This document shows, in pieces, positions 1 to 6,722 of a DNA stretch of 14,454 nucleotides. Source of the DNA: an uncultured bacterium (GTDB lineage: Bacteria > JAJVIF01 > JAPKYR01). The stretch is taken from NCBI GenBank assembly GCA_965369865.1, contig CBDURU010000089.1:1-14454 (forward strand), given 5' to 3'. The position numbers were made by a program, and so were the translations under genes. The notes beneath the pieces are model-generated. The model had not been told where the DNA came from. It ran no database searches and saw nothing but the letters and a program-made list of their open reading frames with translations. The number at the start of each line of letters is the position of its first letter. The first letter of the stretch is position 1.

Positions 1-304
1 CCCGCAAGGTGATAAATACCCCCTCCCCCCCAAGGGGGGATTATCGGGGGGGTTTTTAGAGTTCAAGTTATGTCCCAAGCCACTTAATTGGTGTTCCCCC
101 CCGCAAAATGATGAATACACCATCCCCCCAAAGGGGGGATTACAGGGGGGGTTTTTAGAGTTCAATTTATTTCCCATGCACTTAATCTGTGCCTCCCTCC
201 CCCCGCAAGATGATGAATACACCATCCCCCCAAAGGGGGGATTACAGGGGGGGTTTTTTAGAGTTCAATTTCTTTCCCAAGCCACTTAATCTGTACTCCC
301 CCCC
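1..304. repeat. Tandem array of three ~100-bp units, each with a poly-C/poly-G palindrome (REP-like); probably continues left of the window
   Basis: Units start with cccgcaa at 1, 100 and 202. Each has tcccccc(c/a)aagggggg-atta-G-run-tttttagagttcaa...cacttaat. The third unit overlaps the GT4 stop codon. Confidence 0.9.
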
Positions 305-1464
305 AATTCCCCAACCAGCTCCTCAATAGTACCCACCATATGCGACCAGTCAAACACCGTCCGCCATTCCATTATTTCTTTCGAAAACTTACCCTGTAAA
401 TCCTTTCCACCTTTAAAAAATTCGACTGTCTTCTCCGCTATCGCCAGAGAATCTTTCGGTGGAACAACATACCCCGTTTTTCCATCGAGAACCACTTCCG
501 GAAGCCCCCCGACATTAGTCACTATGCACGGCTTTTCAAAACCATACGCTATCTGCACAATTCCCGACTGGGTCGCCGATTCATACGGCAGCACCACAAG
601 ATCAGAAGCGGCAAAATATTTCCCCACCTCTTCATTTGGAATATACCCGGATACGATCCTGACTCCCCCGCGTTCCGGATTTTCAGTGTCAAACAGCGTT
701 CCCAGTTCTCTTGCGCGGTTTTCAAATTCCTCCGGACCGTCCCAGTAATCGCCCACACAGAAAATCCGGCACCCGGGAATTTTATTAATTATCTGTGGCG
801 ATGCTTCTATCAGCCATTTAAGCCCTTTGTACGGCCTCACCGCCCCAAAATAAAGCACCATCGATTCATCGGTTAAACCCAGTGCTTCCCTTGCCTGAGT
901 ACGATTCCATTCTACCCTCGAAGCGAAAATGTCATATGTAGGGTGGAAATTCTTCCTGATTGCCGCGTCCGGTCGAATCCTCTTCAGATTATTCAGATCC
1001 TCTTCGGAGTGCACTATGTACCCGTCGACCGAGTTAAAAGCCATACGGGTCAGAGGGCCCTCAAGCGGACGGTCCTCATGCTGCTTGACATTATGGCACA
1101 GAAGAATCACTGGACATCCCGCAATCTTCCTTATCCGATTCGTGAGAGTCGCGATATGCCATCCGAAAAAATGCGTCACCCATGTAAGAACGACCCCGTC
1201 CGCCCCGAATTCCTTAACGCGATGCGCAATCTCCGTAAGGCTCCACGGCTGAAGCGTATGCCAGAGATACTCGCAGTCCTCGGTTATCGGATTCTTATCT
1301 TCCGATGTCTGTCCGGTGCCTGGATAGATAATCGAAGGATATTGGTATTTATAACTGACAAAAAGAACATCATGTTCTTTTCTGAGGGCACGGACTAAGA
1401 GGGTTGTGTAGTGGCTGATTCCGCCTTTGATTGGGTAGGTGGGACCGACAACGGCTAATCGCAT
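286..1464 (-). CDS. Glycosyltransferase family 4 (GT-B) protein
   Basis: 392 aa ORF with N-terminal VGPTYPIKGGISHY, FGAVRPYKG, DLVVLPY..ATQSG, and the C-terminal TNVGGLPEVVLDGKTGYVVPP segment typical of GT4. Confidence 0.93.
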   Translation of the reverse strand: MRLAVVGPTYPIKGGISHYTTLLVRALRKEHDVLFVSYKYQYPSIIYPGTGQTSEDKNPITEDCEYLWHTLQPWSLTEIAHRVKEFGADGVVLTWVTHFFGWHIATLTNRIRKIAGCPVILLCHNVKQHEDRPLEGPLTRMAFNSVDGYIVHSEEDLNNLKRIRPDAAIRKNFHPTYDIFASRVEWNRTQAREALGLTDESMVLYFGAVRPYKGLKWLIEASPQIINKIPGCRIFCVGDYWDGPEEFENRARELGTLFDTENPERGGVRIVSGYIPNEEVGKYFAASDLVVLPYESATQSGIVQIAYGFEKPCIVTNVGGLPEVVLDGKTGYVVPPKDSLAIAEKTVEFFKGGKDLQGKFSKEIMEWRTVFDWSHMVGTIEELVGELGGSTD

Positions 1465-1468
1465 GACG

Positions 1469-2401
1469 CTATCGTCTCCCGGAAAATCTCAGGTTCGCGA
1501 TCTGTTCGCTCATGAGGCCCATCATAAATATGAGAAGGAAACTCTGGAACATGAGTCCAGCGAATGATGAGACAGCAAGCTTGTTTTGAAAAATTAAATA
1601 TACCAGGAAATCGATCAACCCAAGCAGGAGTGCGAGCAGGCTTATCGGCAGAAATACCCGCAGAGGCTTGAAAAATACCGCGATCCTCACGATTATCAGG
1701 AGAAATTTACTCCCATCCGAAAGTGGTCTGATTTTTGAGCTTCCCTTGCGCCTGGGTGATTTTATCGGTATCCATGCCAGTGAATATCCCGCTTTGATCA
1801 CGGATAATGTGCTGGTGGTCGGAAGGCTGAAGCCGTTCGGGAAAAGGTCGATAAATTCACGCGCGACCTCGGTCCGCATGCATCTCATCCCGCATGTGAG
1901 ATCTGGAATTTTGCATCCGGCTACATAACTTGCGAAAGTGTTGAAAACCCAGTTGCCGAAATTCCGGAATAAGGTCGCATCGGTGCCTTTCGTCCTTTCA
2001 CCAACCACAAGTTCATAGGTCTGGATTTTCTCGAAAAATTTCGGGATATCTTCAGGTGGATGCTGTCCGTCGGCGTCGAGTATCAGGATCGCCCCGGCGC
2101 GTGCATCACGTATTCCGGTTTTCACGGACGCGCCGTTTCCCATGTTGTACGGATGCCTGAAAAGCCTTATACGGGGTTGATCCTTGATAAATTCCTCGAG
2201 AATTTCTATGGTCCCGTCGGTTGAACAGTCGTCCACCGCGAGAATTTCAAGATCCAGTGGCACCGCAAGTACCCGGCTCAAAGTATCTATAACCGCTTCA
2301 TGCTCGTTGTAGATCGGGATTATGACCGATAGAACCGGTCTTTCACGATCTGGGTTCAAATTTTCGCCTTGCTCATCCAATTTATCAAGCCTTGCAGGCA
2401 T
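1469..2401 (-). CDS. Glycosyltransferase family 2 (DPM1/GtrB-like) with two C-terminal TM helices
   Basis: SVIIPIYNE, VDDCSTDGT and ILDADGQHPP (DxD) motifs, plus two hydrophobic C-terminal segments. Start uncertain: ATG 2401 chosen; TTG 2407 or 2380 are possible. Confidence 0.9.
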   Translation of the reverse strand: MPARLDKLDEQGENLNPDRERPVLSVIIPIYNEHEAVIDTLSRVLAVPLDLEILAVDDCSTDGTIEILEEFIKDQPRIRLFRHPYNMGNGASVKTGIRDARAGAILILDADGQHPPEDIPKFFEKIQTYELVVGERTKGTDATLFRNFGNWVFNTFASYVAGCKIPDLTCGMRCMRTEVAREFIDLFPNGFSLPTTSTLSVIKAGYSLAWIPIKSPRRKGSSKIRPLSDGSKFLLIIVRIAVFFKPLRVFLPISLLALLLGLIDFLVYLIFQNKLAVSSFAGLMFQSFLLIFMMGLMSEQIANLRFSGRR

Positions 2402-3434
2402 CCACAAAAGTCTTGAACAGCCTGGCCTGGATTTTATCGTTCTCCCACATCAATTCCGGATGCCATTGTACACCAACTACCCACCTTTTTGTTGGGTGTT
2501 CGACACCTTCAATGATACCATCGTTTGCCCTGGCATTCACGAGAAGCCCTTTGCCGTGAAGTTTGACTGCCTGGTGGTGTATTGAATTTACAAAAACCTG
2601 GGAGCTTCCCAGTGCCTTATGGAGTTTTGTGCCAGGTTCGATGGTGACCGAATGACACGGCTCGTCCGGCGGGAAATCCGGCATATGCGTGCTGGCCATC
2701 TTTACCTGCGTGTTGATGTCCTGGTAAAGCGATCCATCCAGGGCCACATTGATAAATTGCGCCCCCCTGCATATTCCCAGTATCGGAAGGTTCTTATTGA
2801 ATGCTAAATTAAACAGATCGAACTCGGTACGGTCTTTCCTCGGATCGACCTGCATGATTTTCTCTGAGATCTGGTTGTCATAAAAATTTGGATCGATATC
2901 ACCACCGCCCGTTAACACAAGGCCGTGCAGGTTTTCAGCCACCCTGTTCGGATACCGCCCTTCGAGTCCAACCGGAATTATGATCGGTACTCCCCCGGCC
3001 TTATGAATGGCTGTGATGTATGGGTCCCAGATATAATGGTGTTCAACATAAATATCTGTTCTTTTCAGATTATGCTGGAAGCACGCTGTTAAGCCTATAA
3101 GCGGTGCGGTAACTTTTGGTTTCTGCTGTGACCTTACCGGAGCCGGCGCTGGTTTCCTGGCTGGTGGTCTTGTAGGACTGCGCCTCGTTGTTGGTCTGCG
3201 TGAGGGCGCCGGCTTTCGCTGGCTGGGCTTCGTTTTGGAGTCGTTCGTTACCCCCGGTTTTGGTTGCTCCCTGGGTTTTCTGGGGTATCTCGATCGGGAC
3301 GCTGGTCGCCTTCCGGATGAGGGGGGCTGGGAGTCGGATTTCATCTCCATACCTGTTTCCTTTCTTCCGGTTGTTGGTTCATTTTGATTACTTAATGAAT
3401 TATTTCTTGAGTTATTTTCGTAATGGTCGGACAT
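2385..3434 (-). CDS. Gamma-glutamyl-gamma-aminobutyrate hydrolase family protein (Peptidase C26, class I glutamine amidotransferase-like) with a disordered N-terminal extension
   Basis: PLIGLT, GLVLTGGGDIDP..Y, PILGICRGAQ (catalytic Cys), VNSIHHQAV, GVQWHPE (His-Glu). About 105 aa of Arg/Pro/Ser-rich sequence precede the domain. Confidence 0.9.
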   Translation of the reverse strand: MSDHYENNSRNNSLSNQNEPTTGRKETGMEMKSDSQPPSSGRRPASRSRYPRKPREQPKPGVTNDSKTKPSQRKPAPSRRPTTRRSPTRPPARKPAPAPVRSQQKPKVTAPLIGLTACFQHNLKRTDIYVEHHYIWDPYITAIHKAGGVPIIIPVGLEGRYPNRVAENLHGLVLTGGGDIDPNFYDNQISEKIMQVDPRKDRTEFDLFNLAFNKNLPILGICRGAQFINVALDGSLYQDINTQVKMASTHMPDFPPDEPCHSVTIEPGTKLHKALGSSQVFVNSIHHQAVKLHGKGLLVNARANDGIIEGVEHPTKRWVVGVQWHPELMWENDKIQARLFKTFVDACKA

Positions 3435-3730
3435 GTACTTGTTTCCCGCAGGATATGCGGGAATCTCCTTTTGCTTCTATTCGCAAAACGCGTCTTGCGA
3501 AATTTTAGTTGTTTTGAGCTGTCGGGGACTAAGTACAGTGTGCCTGTAACTTATGTATTCTTTTCGGCCTCCGAAGCTCAATTCAGGATATTACCTATCC
3601 TGAGCCTTACATATCCCCCACAGCCGACCGCTTTAAGTTGATATGTCTACCGCGGTTCGGCTGCCCGGTCCGGGAATTCCATTTTAGATTACCTGAGAAT
3701 TCCACGCCTGATATATTATCGGGCTTTTTC
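3435..3730. promoter_or_regulatory. Candidate structured leader or ncRNA, family not recognised
   Basis: Run of stems: 3443-3463, 3480-3501, 3530-3553, 3563-3575, 3583-3603, 3621-3663, 3673-3703, 3706-3724, plus long-range pairing gctgt-c-gggga (3518-3528) with tcccc-c-acagc (3614-3624). Confidence 0.45.
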
Positions 3731-3737
3731 TATCACT

Positions 3738-3766
3738 ACTGTATCGTATTTGCCGGAATATGTAAA
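3738..3766 (-). promoter_or_regulatory. Putative sigma70 promoter for the C26/GT2/GT4 operon
   Basis: Minus strand TTTACA (3766-3761), 17-nt spacer, TACAGT (3743-3738). Confidence 0.4.
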
Positions 3767-3786
3767 ATCAAATCTGACGGATGCCT

Positions 3787-3924
3787 CTAACGCAGCCGTC
3801 CCCGCCTGCAGTATCGCGTGCGTCCCCGCCTCCAGTATCGCATGTCTCGCCTGCAGTATCGCATGCGTCTCGCCTGCAGTATCGCATGCGTCTCGCCTGC
3901 AGTATCGCATGCGTCTCGCCTGCA
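3787..3924 (+). repeat. Tandem array of six ~23-bp REP-like units (GTATCGCATGCGTCTCGCCTGCA)
   Basis: Units at 3787-3810, 3811-3834, 3835-3855, 3856-3878, 3879-3901 and 3902-3924; the last three are identical. The same unit occurs inverted at 14389-14434. Confidence 0.92.
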
Positions 3925-4023
3925 TTGATTTTTATTACAGCATGCGTAAAGTACCTGTACCCATTTTCACAAATGTCGTATACTTACCGGACTATGGATT
4001 CATATGGAGGTTTAAAAAACAAC

Positions 4024-4260
4024 ATGCATTACGAATATTGCGTCCAGGAAGTTTCCGGTGTCGCCTGGCAGATGATAATGGATTCAGATGATATTGATAT
4101 AGCCAACCAGCACCTCAATAAGTGGGGGAAGGAAGGCTGGGAGGTCGCGTGCGTGGTGCCGAAACTGGAGAACGGTACTACGGTCGGCTACGGGATCGTC
4201 TTCAAGCGCGAGATCCCCGACGACCAGGAACCAATGGGCTGCGCCAAAGAGAAATTATAA
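4024..4260 (+). CDS. Small DUF4177-like protein (78 aa)
   Basis: GGAGG at 4006-4010 precedes ATG 4024. The pattern YEY..V...LNKWGKEGWEV..V...FKR matches the DUF4177 consensus as I recall it. The longer ORF call from 3781 reads through the repeat array. Confidence 0.8.
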   Translation: MHYEYCVQEVSGVAWQMIMDSDDIDIANQHLNKWGKEGWEVACVVPKLENGTTVGYGIVFKREIPDDQEPMGCAKEKL

Positions 4261-4304
4261 AAAACGTAGGTTGTAAGTTTGTTTCAGGGATCCTAAAAAT
4301 AATC

Positions 4305-4351
4305 TGGCGGAGAGAGTGGGATTCGAACCCACGTAGCGGCGTGAACCGCCA
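4305..4351 (-). pseudogene. 3' half of tRNA-Ser (variable arm, T arm, acceptor 3' strand, CCA); att-like direct repeat
   Basis: 4303-4334 is identical over 32 bp to 6278-6309. A 7-bp variable-arm stem is kept at 4334-4351. No anticodon arm or D arm upstream. Confidence 0.88.
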
Positions 4352-4456
4352 TGAACAAATACATCATCAGAATTTTCTCAACACGAAAAACTCCATATTT
4401 TTATGCAACTGGACTTTCCTCTGGTTGTCTGATTCAATAGCATCGGAGTGTGAGAA

Positions 4457-6238
4457 ATGGCAAGCGTTAAACATACAGAAAATTTCATAAGCTCTTTATC
4501 GTTTGATGATGCAGAAGTGGCAATCGAGAAATTTCTCCTGGAATCGAAGATTAAGTTTAAAAAAGAATCCAAGGGTAAATACATAGGGCAGCAGGGTTCT
4601 GTATGGAAAACAACCCTTCTGGCAAAAGCGGAAATCTACCCAAAGCAATTTCAAATTTCATTAGATGAATCCACTTCAAGCCTTTGGATTAGGGTTGTGA
4701 TTCAGGAGACATTATCAAATTATGGATGTTACCAGGCCGATTTAAAAGAACGCTACGAGAATTACTTTGAAGTTTTTATGTACGAGCTCAAGAAAGAATT
4801 ACAATGGGAAGGACTTTCTGAAATAATTGAACCCCCGGAGATTCGTAAATTCGTTTTTCCGAAATGGCGAATAAAAATGATGTTAGGGATCGTTATTCTA
4901 GGTGCTATCTGTTATTGCGGTTGGTTAATTTACGTTTGGTTCCCAGTTCCCACTAATATTGAGCTGGAGGGATCTGAATGGTCGAAGGTCTGGCGGGGTT
5001 ATGGTTTAGTAAGGCCTAATGCTGTTCAAACCGCTCAGAATGGCAATGTGTATATTTGTGGCTCAAAGACAAAATATGCTGATTTCGATCCCGGATGGGG
5101 TATAGATTTATTTGTTTCGGCAGGGGGAAACCAACAGGAATTCCTGGCTGGGACACATGGGTTTCTCGCTATATTTAATCCTGAAGGAAGTATCGAACGT
5201 GTGATTGACGCCCCAGGTGTTCACCAGTCAATGGTTTTCGATTCTAATGGAAACATCTATTTAGCGGGACGGTTTGCGAGAATTACCGACTTCGACCCGG
5301 GTCCGGAAATTGACAGTCATGTTCCTGAATTCGAAGGAAGTTGTACTGAAGGAGACAATTACCTGGCAAAATATACTTCAAGTGGTGAATTTTCATGGGT
5401 AAGGACCTGGGTAGGTTCACTATATGGCTGGGGAGTTCATTCCAGCATGGTTCTGGTGGATGATGAGGACAATTTAATAGTGACAGGCGTTTTCATTGGA
5501 TCAATTGATTATCCAACGGTTGAAGGCTCTGAAATTCATCTTGAAAGCAGCCAGGTGGATATCTATCTGATGAAATTTAATACAAATGGAGTTCCGGTAT
5601 GGGCGAAGGCTTTCGGCGGGACCAGGTGGGTCAACGTATCAGGTGGCGGTGTTGACAACGATGGTAACATTATCATCAGCGGCAACTTCGAAGGCACTGG
5701 GATGGACTTTGATCCCGATCCGGAAATTGTAATATCGCCGCAACCGGCAGGCAGCGACGCTGATTTCGTAACTAAATTCGATTCCGATGGCAATCATCTA
5801 TGGGTAAACACCAGCCTGGATTTCCATTTTCATGATCTGGATACCGATAGATCGGGTAATTTCTACATTACCGGCAGTAGCAAGGGCCCGGAAGGAAGTA
5901 ACCAGCATGCAATTCTAATGAAGTACAATGCGGACGGGGAACTTGTCTGGGAAACGGATATTGCAGGTGATGTCAACAGTCGAGGATTTGAGCTATTATT
6001 AAATGAAGACGGCTATGTGTACATATCCGGTGAAACAAACATGGTAGACAGGTTTTTCTGCTCATCTAAGAATGCATTTATTTCAAGGATTGATACAGAA
6101 GGGCAGTTGGACTGGACACGCATAATTGATGTTAACTCATGTGGTTGGCGTATGGCTCAAGCCCGGAATAGTGATCTGTACATGATTGGTTATTATGGGC
6201 ACAATGGGTCGTTTCTCGTTAAAATAACAGATCTGTGA
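4457..6238 (+). CDS. Single-pass membrane protein with SBBP-like beta-propeller repeats
   Basis: 593 aa, GGAG at 4446-4449. TM helix at about aa 141-163 (MMLGIVILGAICYCGWLIYVWFP). Repeated blades such as DSNGNIYLAG, DNDGNIIISG, DRSGNFYITG and K(Y/F)xxxGxxxW, with three DFDP(G/D) motifs. Confidence 0.85.
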   Translation: MASVKHTENFISSLSFDDAEVAIEKFLLESKIKFKKESKGKYIGQQGSVWKTTLLAKAEIYPKQFQISLDESTSSLWIRVVIQETLSNYGCYQADLKERYENYFEVFMYELKKELQWEGLSEIIEPPEIRKFVFPKWRIKMMLGIVILGAICYCGWLIYVWFPVPTNIELEGSEWSKVWRGYGLVRPNAVQTAQNGNVYICGSKTKYADFDPGWGIDLFVSAGGNQQEFLAGTHGFLAIFNPEGSIERVIDAPGVHQSMVFDSNGNIYLAGRFARITDFDPGPEIDSHVPEFEGSCTEGDNYLAKYTSSGEFSWVRTWVGSLYGWGVHSSMVLVDDEDNLIVTGVFIGSIDYPTVEGSEIHLESSQVDIYLMKFNTNGVPVWAKAFGGTRWVNVSGGGVDNDGNIIISGNFEGTGMDFDPDPEIVISPQPAGSDADFVTKFDSDGNHLWVNTSLDFHFHDLDTDRSGNFYITGSSKGPEGSNQHAILMKYNADGELVWETDIAGDVNSRGFELLLNEDGYVYISGETNMVDRFFCSSKNAFISRIDTEGQLDWTRIIDVNSCGWRMAQARNSDLYMIGYYGHNGSFLVKITDL

Positions 6239-6279
6239 AATCTAAAGCGTGTTTAAGGGTCAGGCTGTAAGAAAAATTC

Positions 6280-6371
6280 TGGCGGAGAGAGTGGGATTCG
6301 AACCCACGTTACGACGGTAGCCGCAAACACGCTCTCCAGGCGTGCGCCTTCAACCACTCGGCCATCTCTCC
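6280..6371 (-). tRNA. tRNA-Ser(GGA)
   Basis: Acceptor stem GGAGAGA/TCTCTCC plus GCCA; D arm GCCGAGTGGTTGAAGGC; anticodon stem CACGC/GCGTG with loop CTGGAGA (GGA at 6337-6335); long variable arm; T arm GTGGG-TTCGAAT-CCCAC; CCA encoded. Confidence 0.97.
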
Positions 6372-6473
6372 GCGCTTGTGGATATCTTCTGCTTGAATGA
6401 GCACATGTTATATATCGCATTGTCCCCGGATATTCAAGTGGTTTCGCGCAGACCTCTCAATCAAACTCCCCTG

Positions 6474-6649
6474 ACAGTACCGCGAACGTTAGTGTAACAG
6501 TACCGCGAACGTTAGTGAGTGGCCTTAATTAACAGTACCGCGAACGTTAGTGAGTGGCCTACCAATAACAGTACCGCGAACGTTAGTGAGTGGCCTGCCA
6601 ATTCAATCCAATTAACAATCCAGACACTCCCTGACGGTCGCGGCTCTGA
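6474..6649. repeat. REP/BIME-like cluster: four direct copies plus one diverged inverted copy
   Basis: acagtaccgcgaacgttagtgagtggcct (29 bp) is exact at 6497-6525, 6532-6560 and 6568-6596, and truncated at 6474-6494. An inverted relative at 6622-6649 (reverse complement tcagagccgcgaccgtcagggagtgtct) matches 20/28. Confidence 0.88.
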
Positions 6650-6664
6650 TACAACATAATCACT

Positions 6665-6689
6665 AAAAAAACCGGGCTGTTAACCCGGC
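6665..6689 (-). terminator. Rho-independent terminator of the Gly/Asn-rich gene
   Basis: Minus strand GCCGGGT-TAACA-GCCCGGT followed by a T run, 33 nt after the stop at 6723. Confidence 0.8.
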
Positions 6690-6722
6690 TGTTGCTTCAA
6701 TTAATATCCCTGACTCTACCAA

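Larger units (their letters stand above)
4305..6279. mobile_element. tRNA-Ser-anchored genomic islet without integrase
   Basis: Bounded by the intact tRNA-Ser 3' end and a duplicated tRNA 3' fragment. It looks more AT-rich than dnaE and the oxidoreductase genes by eye, and carries a single cargo gene. Confidence 0.65.

Noticed and set aside
3650..3700. FMN riboswitch or T-box resemblance (ggaattcccggaccgg; accgcg)
   Set aside because: Only a few nucleotides match; the other conserved blocks of those families are absent.
3787..3924. CRISPR array, or coding repeat in ORFs 3716-3925, 3750-4091 and 3781-4260
   Set aside because: There are no spacers. The 23-bp period is not a multiple of 3, and the open frames reflect a stop-free repeat. 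The RBS supports a start at 4024.
4305..4400. Second complete tRNA gene
   Set aside because: Similarity ends after the variable arm; there is no anticodon arm, D arm or 5' acceptor strand.
4122..4490. 122-aa ORF containing WRREWDSNPR
   Set aside because: That peptide is the antisense translation of a tRNA 3' end, a common spurious-ORF pattern.
6405..6437. tRNA promoter (TTGAAT, 17 nt, TATATA on the minus strand)
   Set aside because: The position is plausible, but the -10 element lacks the conserved final T at this spacing, so it is too weak to call.
6474..6596. CRISPR array (29-bp exact repeats)
   Set aside because: Linkers are only 2-7 bp, an inverted relative follows, and no cas genes are present.
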